A stretch of 64,000 nt of DNA from Coriobacteriales bacterium (GCA_050946275.1 JBMNUM010000006.1:28173-92172); one strand, 5' to 3'; positions 31,049 through 41,801 are shown, numbered from the stretch's first letter. Notes: generated by a model not told the origin, from the letters alone. Program-made: numbers and translations.

Positions 31049-31633
31049 CTAGCGCGCGAACGGGTCGTTCTCCGGATCCTGGTTCCAGACGTACTCCGCA
31101 TACCGCGCGGTCTTCTCTGCCAGCTCGTGACCGCAAACATCGGCGATGAAGCCGAGGGCCATGTCCGTTCCCGCCGAGACGCCGGAGGAGACGTACAGGT
31201 TGCCGTCGACCGTCCAGCGGGCGCTCCGCTCCCATTTCACGTCGGGGTAGTCGGCCTCCGCCTTGTCGATGCGCCCCTTGAACGTCGTCGCCCGCTTCCC
31301 ATCGAGCACGCCAGCCTTCGCATAGATGAACGCTCCGTTGCACACCGACAGCACGTAGCGGGCCTTTTCCGCCAGCTCCGCGATACGCGCTATGAAGGCA
31401 TCGTCCTCAAGCATCGTGTAGACGCCCATGCCTCCCGGCAGGAGCAGAACCTCGGGCGCGTCGACGGCATCGAGCCGTTCGGTCAGAACGGGCACGCCCT
31501 GGTAGCTCGTGACGACGCCGCCCTCTGGCGAGAAGAACCGCACCTCGAACTCGCCCGATGCACCGAGCATCTCCACGGGCCCGAACATGTCGAGCGTTTC
31601 GAATCCTTCGAATAAGACGGCGATGACGTTCAT
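31049..31633 (-). CDS. DJ-1/PfpI family protein
   Basis: FETLDMFGP, LLPGG, SVCNGA, LDGKRATT, SSGVSAGTDMAL. Confidence 0.92.
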   Translation of the reverse strand: MNVIAVLFEGFETLDMFGPVEMLGASGEFEVRFFSPEGGVVTSYQGVPVLTERLDAVDAPEVLLLPGGMGVYTMLEDDAFIARIAELAEKARYVLSVCNGAFIYAKAGVLDGKRATTFKGRIDKAEADYPDVKWERSARWTVDGNLYVSSGVSAGTDMALGFIADVCGHELAEKTARYAEYVWNQDPENDPFAR

Positions 31634-31691
31634 AAGAAATCCCTCTTTCAATTAGTCTGTGGAAGCATCCTCGACTCATTTAGCTCGTATG

Positions 31692-32603
31692 TTAGTTGTT
31701 CACGCTGTGGTGGGGAACGTAGGTCGTCCGGTCGATGGCCTTGAAGGTGTAGCCCAGGCCCTGCCAATGCTCGATGATCTCTGGCAGGGCATCGACGGTC
31801 GTCTGCTTCGGAGCCGAGTCGTGGCAGAGAAGCACGATGTTGTCTGCATCGCTTTCCTCGGTGCCGTATCCGGCGATCTCCTCTGCTGTGTGCTCCGAGC
31901 CGTCGCCAACCGACATGTTCCAGTCGTAGTACTGGTAGCCGCGCAGCTGTACGTCGTTGACGAGCGCGCTCATGATGCCCTCGCAGTAGTTGGCCGAGAC
32001 GGAGTTCGACGACCCGCCGGGGAAGCGGATGAAGCACGGCACGTAGCCTATCTGCTCCTCGACCGCAGCGCCGATGGCATCGAGATCGTCGAAATACGCC
32101 TGCTCGGATTCGTAGATCGTCTCGTAATCGTGCGTGTACGTGTGCAGTCCGATGGTATGGCCGCGCGAATAGGCCTCCTTGATCATCGGGAAATAATCCG
32201 GATCCTGCCCTGTGACGAAGAACGTGGCCTTGACCCCGTAGCGGTCGAGTATGTCGAGAACCTCCTGCGTCTTGTCGGAGGGCCCGTCGTCGATGGTCAG
32301 GTACACGACCTTCTCGTCGGTGCCCTCATAGTCCCAATCGGTGGCGCGGTCGGGGTCGACCGCGAAGTCCTCATCACGCCAAGCCAGATTGGTCGGGGGC
32401 TTGGCAGCAGGAGCATTCTCTTTTTGGGTGGTAGGCTCCTCGGCCGGAGCAGCGCTCGACGAGGGAGAGGAATCGAGGACGGAGGTGTCTTTGATAGAAG
32501 CCTTCCCGCAACCCGAGCAAATCAGCACGAGGGCGAGCGATGAGGCGACGATGGCGGCGAGGGCTGCCAAGCGGTCATAACGACCAAGAAGATGATGAAC
32601 CAT
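31692..32603 (-). CDS. Polysaccharide deacetylase (CE4/NodB) lipoprotein
   Basis: LTIDDGP, HTYTH, RFPGG, DWN, LCHD; signal ending ICSGC. Confidence 0.9.
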   Translation of the reverse strand: MVHHLLGRYDRLAALAAIVASSLALVLICSGCGKASIKDTSVLDSSPSSSAAPAEEPTTQKENAPAAKPPTNLAWRDEDFAVDPDRATDWDYEGTDEKVVYLTIDDGPSDKTQEVLDILDRYGVKATFFVTGQDPDYFPMIKEAYSRGHTIGLHTYTHDYETIYESEQAYFDDLDAIGAAVEEQIGYVPCFIRFPGGSSNSVSANYCEGIMSALVNDVQLRGYQYYDWNMSVGDGSEHTAEEIAGYGTEESDADNIVLLCHDSAPKQTTVDALPEIIEHWQGLGYTFKAIDRTTYVPHHSVNN

Positions 32604-32740
32604 GAGCAACACCGAGTCTGTTTTAAGAGTGCGTTTACATGCCAATTGTAAATGAAGCAAAGAAAATGCACGCGACGATGCGCGGCGCCTTTCCGTTTGT
32701 GCAGGTTATGTGCCGTTTGCTATGCAAATTCCCCGACAGC

Positions 32741-32808
32741 TTGAAAAGAGAGGGCGTGTTGCCTATCATGCACCAAGACATTAAAAAAAGTTTTACTATT
32801 TTTTAATG
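32741..32808 (+). promoter_or_regulatory. fab/acc operon promoter plus palindromic operator
   Basis: TTGAAA (32741), 17 nt, TATCAT (32764); downstream inverted repeat CATTAAAAAAAGT-TTT-ACTATTTTTTAATG (32779-32808). Confidence 0.7.
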
Positions 32809-32847
32809 GTCCTGTAACCGATCTCCTGAAAGGGAAAAGGAGCACAA

Positions 32848-33075
32848 ATGATTTTCGAGCAGGTTCGTGACGTCATCGTCGAGACCATCAGCTGCGATGC
32901 TGACGAGGTTACCATGGAGACTCATCTCGCCGACGATCTCGGCGCCGACTCCCTGGATGCCGTCGAGCTCAACATGGCTTTCGAGGATACCTTCGATATC
33001 TCCATCCCGGACGAGGACATGCAGGAGATGAAGACGGTGGCCGACATCGTCAACTACATCGAGGATCATCAGTAA
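32848..33075 (+). CDS. acpP: Acyl carrier protein
   Basis: DDLGADSLDAVEL phosphopantetheine motif. Confidence 0.96.
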   Translation: MIFEQVRDVIVETISCDADEVTMETHLADDLGADSLDAVELNMAFEDTFDISIPDEDMQEMKTVADIVNYIEDHQ

Positions 33076-33131
33076 GATCCGCGCCGTTTCGGCCACGGAC
33101 CTTCCTGACCGGCCAGGCAGGTAGGCAAGGT

Positions 33132-33578
33132 ATGAATCATGACGAACTCCGCGGCATCATGCGGGAGTTTTACGGGTCTCCTCTTTCGTTCCTCGAGGTG
33201 GAGGACGGAGAAACCCGTATCAAGATGAAGAAACCGGTGGGCAAGGCTGCCGTGGAATCTGCTGTCGTGCAGGTTCCCGTTCCCGCAGCCGCGGACACCC
33301 TTTCCGACAACAAGCAGGCAGAGGCCTCCGATGAGCACGTCTACCGCGTGAAATCTCCGCTGGTCGGCGTGTTCTACGAGGCGCCCTCGCCCGGCGAGGA
33401 GCCGTTTGTGCGCCAAGGACAGCACGTCGAGGAGGGCGACGTCCTCTGCATCATCGAGGCCATGAAGATGATGAACGACGTCAAGGCTCCGAAGGCGGGA
33501 ACCGTGCGCTGGATCGCCGTCCAGAACGCGGAGACCGTCGGCTACGACGACCTGCTCATGGAGATCGAGGCGGACTAA
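33132..33578 (+). CDS. accB: Acetyl-CoA carboxylase biotin carboxyl carrier protein
   Basis: SPLVGVFY...IEAMKMMN. Confidence 0.95.
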   Translation: MNHDELRGIMREFYGSPLSFLEVEDGETRIKMKKPVGKAAVESAVVQVPVPAAADTLSDNKQAEASDEHVYRVKSPLVGVFYEAPSPGEEPFVRQGQHVEEGDVLCIIEAMKMMNDVKAPKAGTVRWIAVQNAETVGYDDLLMEIEAD

Positions 33579-33579
33579 C

Positions 33580-34977
33580 GTGTTCAAGCGCGTGCTGGTT
33601 GCCAACCGGGGCGAAATCGCCCAGAGAATCATCCAATGTTGCATCGATATGGACGTCGAATGCGTCGCGGTGTATTCGACCGCAGACGAGCACGCGCTCT
33701 ACGTGCCCTTTGCGACGGCGTCCGTCTGCATCGGCGACGCGCCGGCGGCCAAGAGCTACCTCAACGTCGACGCGATCATCTCGGCGGCGCTCGCCACGGG
33801 ATGCGACGCCATTCATCCCGGATACGGCTTTCTCTCCGAGAACGCTGACTTTGCGCGCAAGTGCGAGGAATACGGCATCAAGTTCATCGGGCCCCCCGCC
33901 GACGTCATCGAGAAGATGGGCGTCAAGGCGGCCGCCCGCGAGCTCATGATGCAAAACGACGTGCCCGTCGTTCCCGGCTCCGATGGAGTCGTCGCGAACG
34001 CTGACGAGGCCGCGGTCGTTGCCGAGCGCATCGGCTATCCTGTGCTGGTGAAGGCATCCGCAGGCGGCGGCGGTCGCGGCATGCGCCGCGTCGAGAGCGC
34101 CGAGAAGCTGCCGGCCATGTTCGAGCAGGCCCGCGCGGAGGCCCTGGCGTGTTTCGGCAACGGCGACTTGTACGTCGAGAAGCTGATCGTCAATCCCAAG
34201 CACGTCGAGATCCAGGTGTTCGCCGACACGCGCGGCAATGTCGTCCACCTCGGCGAGCGCGATTGCTCGATCCAGCGCAAGAACCAGAAGATGATCGAGG
34301 AAACCCCCTGCTCGCGCCTCACGCCCGCGCTTCGCGCCGAGATGGGCGAGGTGGCCGTGCGCGCGGCCCGCGCAGCAGGCTATGTGAACGCGGGGACGGT
34401 CGAGTTCGTCATGGACGAGCAGGGCCACTACTACTTCATCGAGATGAACACGCGCATCCAGGTTGAGCACCCCATCACCGAGATGCTCTACCGCGTCGAC
34501 CTCATCCGCGAGCAGATCCGCGTCGCAGAGGGGCTGCCCCTGAGCTTCGCGCAGGAGGACCTCAAGCCGTCGGGTCATGCAATCGAGTGCCGCGTCAACG
34601 CCGAGGATCCCTCGCGTGACTTCGCACCGTGCCCTGGCACCGTCGACATGATGCACCTGCCCTCGGGCAATGGCGCACGCGTCGACTCGGCGCTCTACAC
34701 GGGTTGCGAGGTGAGCCCGTTCTACGACTCCCTCATCGCGAAGATCGTCGTATGGGCGCCCACCCGCCTCGAAGCCGTGCGCAAGATGCGCCGCTGCCTC
34801 GAGGAGACGGTCATCTCGGGAGTCGACACCAACATCGAATTCGAGCTCTTCATCTTGTTCCACGGCAAGTTCCTCAAGGGGAGCTACACGACGAGCTTCA
34901 TCGAGGAGTGCCTGGACGAGCTGCTCGAGCTCGGCCAGCGCGTGAGCGAGATTGAGGCGCAGGGAAGGGGCGAGTAG
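33580..34977 (+). CDS. accC: Acetyl-CoA carboxylase biotin carboxylase
   Basis: ANRGEIA, HPGYGFLSEN, GGGGRGMR, ERDCSIQR, EMNTRIQVEH. Confidence 0.96.
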   Translation: MFKRVLVANRGEIAQRIIQCCIDMDVECVAVYSTADEHALYVPFATASVCIGDAPAAKSYLNVDAIISAALATGCDAIHPGYGFLSENADFARKCEEYGIKFIGPPADVIEKMGVKAAARELMMQNDVPVVPGSDGVVANADEAAVVAERIGYPVLVKASAGGGGRGMRRVESAEKLPAMFEQARAEALACFGNGDLYVEKLIVNPKHVEIQVFADTRGNVVHLGERDCSIQRKNQKMIEETPCSRLTPALRAEMGEVAVRAARAAGYVNAGTVEFVMDEQGHYYFIEMNTRIQVEHPITEMLYRVDLIREQIRVAEGLPLSFAQEDLKPSGHAIECRVNAEDPSRDFAPCPGTVDMMHLPSGNGARVDSALYTGCEVSPFYDSLIAKIVVWAPTRLEAVRKMRRCLEETVISGVDTNIEFELFILFHGKFLKGSYTTSFIEECLDELLELGQRVSEIEAQGRGE

Positions 34978-34980
34978 CCC

Positions 34981-36861
34981 ATGGCCAACCCAACGAATCC
35001 ATTCGCCGGCCGACGCGAGTTCCTTCAGGCGATCAAGCAACTGAAGCCTCGCGTCGTGCAGGAAGCGGAGCGCAAGGCTAAGATCGAGAGCCTGAACTCC
35101 ACGTGCCCGGACTGCGGGCGCGTCTGCACCCCGGCAGAGCTCGAGGACAATCTCAGCCTCTGCCCGGATTGCGGTCACCACTTCCGGATGATCGCCCGCG
35201 ACCGCCTCTACATGCTCCTCGATGACGGCAAGGCCGCATCATATCGGGAGCTGGACTCCAATCTGGTGGGCGACAATCCGCTTAAATTTCCCGGCTACGC
35301 CAAGAAACTCGAGGCGAGCCGTGCCACGACCCATCTGAGCGAGGCGCTGCGATGCGCCGTGGGAACCATCGGCGGTTGCAAGTGCGTCCTCGTCGTCCTC
35401 GACAGCTACTTCATGATGGGAAGCATGGGCGTCGCCGTCGGCGAGCGCGTCACTCGCGCCATCGAGTACGCGACGGAGCAGCGGCTCCCCCTCATCATCT
35501 TCAGCGCAAGCGGTGGCGCCCGCATGCAAGAGGGCATCATGTCCCTCATGCAGATGGCGAAGACCTCGGCGGCGATCGCGCGCCACGATGAGGCCGGGCT
35601 GCTGTACATCTCCGTGCTCACGAACCCCACGACGGGAGGTGTCACCGCGAGCTTCGCGAGCCTCGGTGACATCATCCTCGCCGAGCCGGGTGCGCTTATC
35701 GGCTTCGCCGGTCCCCGCGTCATCGAGCAAACCATCAAGCAGCAGCTGCCCGAGGGCTTCCAGCGCTCGGAATACCTGCTCGAGCACGGATTCATCGACA
35801 GCATCGTTCCCAGGCGAGAGCTCAGGGAGAAGCTCCAGGCGCTCCTGCGCCAGCACGTCCGCAAGCCGATCGCCGAGCCCGTCTCCGAGGAGGACACAGC
35901 GGAGGGTGCCGAGGATGCGGCTCCGGGCGGCATGGGTGCTGCCTGGCACGAGCAAGATGCGGAAGTCGCCGCCGTCATGCAGGAGGCCTCCTCGCAGGCT
36001 CAGGCCAAGAAGGCCCATCCCCTGCGAGATTTGCTCACGCAGGTGGCGACGCCGGCGCACAAGCGCGTCGAGCTCGCCCGCTCACCGGAGCGGCCGAACG
36101 CGGACTATCTCATCGAGGCCCTGTTCTCGAACTTCACGGAGATGCACGGCGATCGCCTCGATGCGGACGACCAGAGCATCAAGGGCGGCGTCGCCTACTT
36201 CCGCGACGTTCCCGTGACCGTCATCGCGCAGTGCAAGGGCAAGACGCTCGAGGATAACCTGCGCTACAACTTCGGCATGCCCAACCCGCAGGGCTATCGC
36301 AAGGCCCAGCGCCTCGCGCGCCAGGCGGAGAAGTTCGGGCGACCCGTCATCACGATCATCGACACTCCCGGAGCCTACCCGGGCATCGAGGCGGAGGAGA
36401 AGGGCCAGGGCGAGGCGATCGCCCGCTCGATCGAGCTGTTCAGCACTCTCAAGGTTCCCGTCATCGCCCTGATCATCGGCGAGGGCGGCAGCGGCGGTGC
36501 GCTGGCGCTCGGCGTTGCGAACTCCGTCATCATGCTCGAGAACGCCATCTACTCCATCCTCTCGCCCGAGGGCTTCGCGGCCATCCTGTGGAAGGACGCG
36601 TCGCGTGCCAAGGAGGCTGCTTCCGTCATGAAACTCACCGCCGCCGACATCGCCTCATTCGGCGTTGCGGACATGGTGATTCCCGAGGGCGATGAGCCCC
36701 TGTCCATCCCCGCTCCCGAGCTGGTCGCGCGAATCGACGCGGCGATTGCAGACGAGCTCTTGCGCCTTGCTCCCCTCGACGGGACCGAGCTGGCGAACAT
36801 GCGTTACGAGAAATTCCGCGCGATGGGAAATTGCATCGAGTTGAAAAGTGAGGAGAACTAG
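34981..36861 (+). CDS. accDA: Fused acetyl-CoA carboxylase carboxyltransferase beta/alpha
   Basis: Zn finger, MMGSMG, SGGARMQEG, PTTGGV (beta); FGMPNPQGYRKA, DTPGAYPG, GEGGSGGAL (alpha) in one frame. Confidence 0.93.
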   Translation: MANPTNPFAGRREFLQAIKQLKPRVVQEAERKAKIESLNSTCPDCGRVCTPAELEDNLSLCPDCGHHFRMIARDRLYMLLDDGKAASYRELDSNLVGDNPLKFPGYAKKLEASRATTHLSEALRCAVGTIGGCKCVLVVLDSYFMMGSMGVAVGERVTRAIEYATEQRLPLIIFSASGGARMQEGIMSLMQMAKTSAAIARHDEAGLLYISVLTNPTTGGVTASFASLGDIILAEPGALIGFAGPRVIEQTIKQQLPEGFQRSEYLLEHGFIDSIVPRRELREKLQALLRQHVRKPIAEPVSEEDTAEGAEDAAPGGMGAAWHEQDAEVAAVMQEASSQAQAKKAHPLRDLLTQVATPAHKRVELARSPERPNADYLIEALFSNFTEMHGDRLDADDQSIKGGVAYFRDVPVTVIAQCKGKTLEDNLRYNFGMPNPQGYRKAQRLARQAEKFGRPVITIIDTPGAYPGIEAEEKGQGEAIARSIELFSTLKVPVIALIIGEGGSGGALALGVANSVIMLENAIYSILSPEGFAAILWKDASRAKEAASVMKLTAADIASFGVADMVIPEGDEPLSIPAPELVARIDAAIADELLRLAPLDGTELANMRYEKFRAMGNCIELKSEEN

Positions 36862-37808
36862 TGAACGCACTGCATATCATCTCGACGGGCAAGTACCTGC
36901 CCGACAAGGTCGTCACCAACGAGGATCTCTCCAAGATCGTCGAGACGAACAACGAGTGGATCGTCTCCCGCACGGGTATCGAGGAGCGCCGCATCAGCGA
37001 GGATAAGAACTGCGGCGAGATGGCCGCCGAGGCGTGCAAGCAGGCGCTTGCCAACGGCAACATCGACCCGAATGACCTCTGCTGCCTCATCCTGGCGACG
37101 TTCTCGCCCGACACGTTCTCGCCGGCAGTCTCGTGCGCGGTGCACGACATGCTCGACCTTCCCGAGCACGTCATCTCCTTCGACGTGAACGGCGCGTGCC
37201 CCGGCTTTCTCGTCGGTCTGCTCGTGGCCCGCGGCATCCTGCTGCAGAACCCGGGCAAGAAGGCTCTCGTCGTCGCGAGCGAGTGGAGCTCCGACTTCAC
37301 CGACTGGACCGACCGTGGCACATGCGTGCTCTTCGGCGATGGTGCCGGAGCGACGGTCGTCGATCTCAGCTCCGACGCGCCCATCTACTTCACGGGCGGC
37401 ACGCGCAAGGGCATCGAGGCCATCCAGGTCAAGACGAGCCCCCGCGCAGGTGCGGACCACCACGTCATCCGCATGGACGGTCAGGCCGTGTTCAAGTTCG
37501 CGGTCAAGGCGATGCGCGATGCCATCAATGACCTGCTCGACCAGTCCGGCCTCACGCTCGACGACATCGATCACTTCATCTGCCATCAGGCGAACCTGCG
37601 CATCATCAAGTACGTCTACGAGAAGATGGGCATCGACCCGTCCAAGTTCTTCCTGAACGTGCAGAAGTACGGCAACACCTCGGCAGCTTCCTCGGCGATC
37701 GCCACGGCAGAGGCCAACGAGCAGGGCATCCTCAAGCGCGGAGACAAGATCATCTTCGTCTGCTTCGGTGCCGGACTCGTGTACGAGGGAATGCTCCTCG
37801 AGTGGTAA
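36861..37808 (+). CDS. fabH: 3-oxoacyl-ACP synthase III
   Basis: RTGIEERR, GACPGF, LFGDGAGA, HQANLRI, GNTSAAS. Confidence 0.95.
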   Translation: MNALHIISTGKYLPDKVVTNEDLSKIVETNNEWIVSRTGIEERRISEDKNCGEMAAEACKQALANGNIDPNDLCCLILATFSPDTFSPAVSCAVHDMLDLPEHVISFDVNGACPGFLVGLLVARGILLQNPGKKALVVASEWSSDFTDWTDRGTCVLFGDGAGATVVDLSSDAPIYFTGGTRKGIEAIQVKTSPRAGADHHVIRMDGQAVFKFAVKAMRDAINDLLDQSGLTLDDIDHFICHQANLRIIKYVYEKMGIDPSKFFLNVQKYGNTSAASSAIATAEANEQGILKRGDKIIFVCFGAGLVYEGMLLEW

Positions 37809-37817
37809 GGAGAAGCG

Positions 37818-38780
37818 ATGGGTTTCAAGTCTTTGGCAAACCTGCTTGATATCAAGTACCCCTTCATCCAGGGCGGTATGGCCAATATCTCCAACGGGGC
37901 CTTCGCGGCTGCCGTTTCCGAGGCTGGGGCCATGGGCGTTATCGCGTCCGGCGGCTTCGACGTCGATGGGCTGCGCGAGCAGATTTCCGTTGCGCGCTCG
38001 ATCACGGACAAGCCGTTCGGCATCAACCTGATGCTGAAGCACCCGCAGGTCGACGAGGTCGCCGAGCTGATCGCAGCCGAGCGCATCCCGTTCATCACGA
38101 CGGGTGCGGGCAACCCGGCCAAGTACGTTGAGATGTGGAAGGATGCCGGCAGCCTCGTGTTCCCGGTCGTCCCCTCCACCGCGCTCGCGCAGCGCATGGT
38201 CAAGTCCGGTGTCGACGGTGTCATCGCAGAGGGCACCGAGAGCGGCGGCCATGTGGGCGAGATGACCACGATGGCGCTTGTGCCGCAGGTCGTCGCCGGC
38301 CTCGGCCCCGATGTGCCCGTCGTCGCAGCCGGTGGCATCGCGAGCGGCGCGCAGTTCATCGCCGCGCTCGCGCTCGGCGCATGCGGCGCCCAGGTGGGCA
38401 CGTGCCTCCTCGTCTCGGAGGAGTGTCCCATCCACGACAACTACAAGCAGGCAATCATCGAAGCGTCCGACACGGACACGCTCGTGACCGGGCGTTTCGC
38501 GGGCTCGCCGGTGCGCCAGCTCAAGAACCACATGTCGCGCGCTTACCTCAAGGAGGAGAAGACGGGCGCGACCCGCGAGGACCTCGGCCACTTCATGATC
38601 GGTGCGCTGCGCAGGGCCGTCTACGAAGGCGACACGCGCGACGGCTCGCTCATCGCCGGCCAGGTCGCCGGGCAGCTCAAGGAAGTCAGGCCGCTCGCGG
38701 CTATCTTCGAGGATCTGTATGGGCAGGCACGTGCCGCAATCGCGCAGCTCGACGAGCGCGCGGGCATCGTGCTTGGATAG
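37818..38780 (+). CDS. fabK: Enoyl-ACP reductase II (FabK) / nitronate monooxygenase family
   Basis: YPFIQGGMA, KPFGIN, TGAGNP, EGTESGGHVG, AAGGIA, AGQVAG; fab context. Confidence 0.88.
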   Translation: MGFKSLANLLDIKYPFIQGGMANISNGAFAAAVSEAGAMGVIASGGFDVDGLREQISVARSITDKPFGINLMLKHPQVDEVAELIAAERIPFITTGAGNPAKYVEMWKDAGSLVFPVVPSTALAQRMVKSGVDGVIAEGTESGGHVGEMTTMALVPQVVAGLGPDVPVVAAGGIASGAQFIAALALGACGAQVGTCLLVSEECPIHDNYKQAIIEASDTDTLVTGRFAGSPVRQLKNHMSRAYLKEEKTGATREDLGHFMIGALRRAVYEGDTRDGSLIAGQVAGQLKEVRPLAAIFEDLYGQARAAIAQLDERAGIVLG

Positions 38781-38792
38781 GGGATGATTCAC

Positions 38793-39728
38793 ATGAACAA
38801 GCTCGCATTCATATTCGATGGGCAGGGTGCGCAGGCACCCGGCATGGGCAAGGATTTCTACGACGCCTACCCGGTGTTCCGCGCGGCTTTCGACGCGATC
38901 GACCCGATCGGCCGCTACCAGGAGCTGTGTTTCGAGGGCACCGAGGAGGATCTGGCCGATACGCGTAACACGCAGCCGTGCATGGTCGCGCTCGAGCTCT
39001 CCATCGCGGCCCTGCTGGCAGATGCCGGCATCGAGCCCGCGATGGCCTACGGCCTGTCTCTCGGCGAGTATGCGGCGCTTTCCGTTGCCGGTGCGCTCGG
39101 CACCCGCGATGCGGTGGAGCTCGCGGCGTTCCGCGGCGAGGTCATGGCCGAGGCTGCCGAGGGCATCGACTGCGGCATGGCAGCCGTGCTCGGGCTCGAT
39201 GCGGACGGCGTCATCGCCGCATGCGATAAGGTCGCGGACGAGGGTGTCGGCTATGCAGCGCCCACGAACTTCAACTGCCCGGGGCAGATCGTCGTTTCCG
39301 GCGAGCGTCTTGCGGTCGAGCGCGCCTGCGAGGTCGCCAAGGAGCTCGGAGCCAAGCGTTGCATCCCGCTGGCGGTGAGCGGTCCGTTCCACACGAAGTT
39401 CATGCAGCCTGCAGGCGAGGACCTCGCCGCCGTTTTCGAGGATATCGAGTTTGGCGCGCTGAAGATTCCCGTGCTGTTCAATACCACGGCGGCTCCGCTC
39501 GCCGAGGGACGCACCATCGCCGAGATGCTCGTCGAGCAGGTGCAGAGCCCCATCCACTTCGACGATTGCGCCCGCCGCATGGCGGCCGACGGCATCATGA
39601 CCGCGGTCGAGATCGGCTGCGGCAAGTCGCTTTCCAAATTCGTTGCCAAGGTGGACAAGGCCATCGAGACCCTCGCGGTTTTCGATGTCGAGAGCTTCGA
39701 GAAGACGAAGGAGGCCCTCTGTGGCTAA
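38793..39728 (+). CDS. fabD: Malonyl-CoA:ACP transacylase
   Basis: GQGAQ, TQP, GLSLGEY, NCPGQIV, VSGPFHT. Confidence 0.95.
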   Translation: MNKLAFIFDGQGAQAPGMGKDFYDAYPVFRAAFDAIDPIGRYQELCFEGTEEDLADTRNTQPCMVALELSIAALLADAGIEPAMAYGLSLGEYAALSVAGALGTRDAVELAAFRGEVMAEAAEGIDCGMAAVLGLDADGVIAACDKVADEGVGYAAPTNFNCPGQIVVSGERLAVERACEVAKELGAKRCIPLAVSGPFHTKFMQPAGEDLAAVFEDIEFGALKIPVLFNTTAAPLAEGRTIAEMLVEQVQSPIHFDDCARRMAADGIMTAVEIGCGKSLSKFVAKVDKAIETLAVFDVESFEKTKEALCG

Positions 39729-40479
39729 GGACAAGGTCATCAGCCCCAATCCCGTCGCCGTTGTCACCGGCGGCGGCCGTGGCATCGGTCGTGCCGTGTG
39801 CCTCGAGCTTGCACGTCGCGGCTACAACGTGGTCGTGAACTACGCGTACTCCTCGGATGCTGCCGCGCAGACGGCAACCGATTGCGCCGAGCTCGGCGTG
39901 GAGTCGATCGCCGTCAAGGCAGACGTGAGCGACCACGATGAGGCGAAGGGGCTCATCGATGCTGCGATGATCAAGTACGGGCGCATCGACGTGCTCGTCA
40001 ACAACGCCGGCATCACGCGCGACGGGCTCATGATGAAGATGTCGCCCGAGGACTTCGACGCCGTTATCCGCACCAACATGAACGGTGCGTTCAACTGCAT
40101 GAAGCATGTGAGCCGCATCATGCTCAAGGCCCGCGGTGGCTCGATCGTCAACGTTGCGAGCATCGTCGGCCTCACGGGCAACGCCGGCCAGGTGAACTAC
40201 TCCGCTAGCAAGGCGGGCGTCGTCGCCATGACGAAATCGGCGGCAAAAGAGCTCGGCAGCCGCGGTGTGCGTGTCAATGCAGTGGCCCCCGGCTACATTG
40301 AGACCGACATGACGAAGGATCTCCCCCAGGAGGCGGCCGTCGCCTTCGCAGACCAGATCGCGCTCAAGCGTCTCGGCCAGCCCGAGGACGTCGCCAAGGT
40401 GGTCGCGTTCTTGGCAGGTGATGATGCGGGCTATGTGACCGGCCAGGTCATCTGCGTCGATGGCGGGATCGTGATGTAG
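39721..40479 (+). CDS. fabG: 3-oxoacyl-ACP reductase
   Basis: TGGGRGIG, NNAGITRD, GNAGQVNYSASK, APGYIETDMT; GTG start at 39721. Confidence 0.95.
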   Translation: MAKDKVISPNPVAVVTGGGRGIGRAVCLELARRGYNVVVNYAYSSDAAAQTATDCAELGVESIAVKADVSDHDEAKGLIDAAMIKYGRIDVLVNNAGITRDGLMMKMSPEDFDAVIRTNMNGAFNCMKHVSRIMLKARGGSIVNVASIVGLTGNAGQVNYSASKAGVVAMTKSAAKELGSRGVRVNAVAPGYIETDMTKDLPQEAAVAFADQIALKRLGQPEDVAKVVAFLAGDDAGYVTGQVICVDGGIVM

Positions 40480-40568
40480 GAACACAAGTGCGGAAGAGCA
40501 GGCTGCCCCGGTAGGAGGAGCAGCTGGGCAGGTAGTGTATGAGTGCCTCGTATGAGGGAGAACAGATT

Positions 40569-41801
40569 ATGAACAGACGAGTTATCATCACCGGAATGGG
40601 CGCCATCACCCCGCTGGGGAACACGGTGGAGGAGAGCTGGGATGCCGCCAAGCGCGGCGTGAACGGTATCGGCCCCATCACGCAGTACGACACGAGCGAT
40701 ATGAAGGTCAAGATCGCCGGAGAGGTGAAGGACCTCGACGTCTCCAAGTTCCTCGACAAGCAGGAGGCTCGTAAGCTCGAGCGCTTCACCCACTTCGCGC
40801 TCATCGCATCGCAGGAGGCCATCGCGCAAAGCGGCCTGGCGATCGAGAACGAGGATCCGTATCGCTGCGGCGTCACCATCTCGTCGGGCATCGGCAGTCT
40901 CGAGCGCATCGAGCGCAACCGCGATCGTGGCAACGCCAAAGGCTTCGATCGCGTGAGCCCCCACTACATTCCCGCGAGCATCACGAACAGCGCCGCCGGC
41001 AACGTCGCCATCGCCCAGGGCTTCAAGGGCGAGTGCACGTGCGTCGTCTCCGCCTGCGCGGGTGGCACGAACGCGATTGGCGAGGCCATGAGGGCCATCC
41101 GCCACGGCTATCTCGATGTCGTGCTGGCCGGAGGTGCCGAGTCGTGCATCACGCCGCTTGGCGTCGGCGGGTTCACCGTCATGAGGGCCCTTTCCGAAAC
41201 CAACGACGTCGACAAGGCGTCCATCCCCTTCGATGCGGAACGCGAGGGTTTCGTCATCGCCGAGGGCGCGGGCATCCTCGTGCTCGAGGAGCTGGAGCAT
41301 GCGAAGGCGCGCGGCGCGCAGATCCTCGGTGAGGTCGTGGGCTACGGCTACACGTGCGACGCCTACCACATCACCGCCCCGAGTCCCGATGGCGAGGGCG
41401 CGGCCGCCTCGATGCGCAACGCCATCATCGATGCGGGCATCGAGCCTTCCGACATCGACCACATCAACGCCCATGGCACATCGACGCCCATGAACGAGAA
41501 GACCGAGTCGACCGCCATCCATGCGGTGTTCGGCGACGACACCCCGCTCGTGAGCAGCACGAAGTCCATGACGGGGCATATGCTCGGCGGCACGGGCGCC
41601 GTCGAGGCGATCTTCTCCGCCCTGGCGATTCGCGACGGCATCGTTCCGCCCACCATCAACTACCGCACCCCCGATCCGGAGTGCGATGTGAACATCGTCG
41701 CCAACGAGGCGCGGGAGGCAGACCTGCGCTACGTGCTTTCCGACTCGCTGGGATTCGGCGGTCACAATGCATCGATCGTGCTGAAGCGCTATGAGGACTA
41801 G
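40569..41801 (+). CDS. fabF: 3-oxoacyl-ACP synthase II
   Basis: RRVIITGMG, SACAGG, NAHGTST, KSMTGHMLG, GFGGHN. Confidence 0.96.
   Translation: MNRRVIITGMGAITPLGNTVEESWDAAKRGVNGIGPITQYDTSDMKVKIAGEVKDLDVSKFLDKQEARKLERFTHFALIASQEAIAQSGLAIENEDPYRCGVTISSGIGSLERIERNRDRGNAKGFDRVSPHYIPASITNSAAGNVAIAQGFKGECTCVVSACAGGTNAIGEAMRAIRHGYLDVVLAGGAESCITPLGVGGFTVMRALSETNDVDKASIPFDAEREGFVIAEGAGILVLEELEHAKARGAQILGEVVGYGYTCDAYHITAPSPDGEGAAASMRNAIIDAGIEPSDIDHINAHGTSTPMNEKTESTAIHAVFGDDTPLVSSTKSMTGHMLGGTGAVEAIFSALAIRDGIVPPTINYRTPDPECDVNIVANEAREADLRYVLSDSLGFGGHNASIVLKRYED

Noticed and set aside
36858-39785. 975-aa minus-strand ORF and other long antisense ORFs (4-1164, 27461-29140, 33556-35181, 40431-42170, 44988-46889)
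   Set aside because: Shadow frames of well-supported genes on the opposite strand; expected from high-GC codon bias, with no recognisable motifs.
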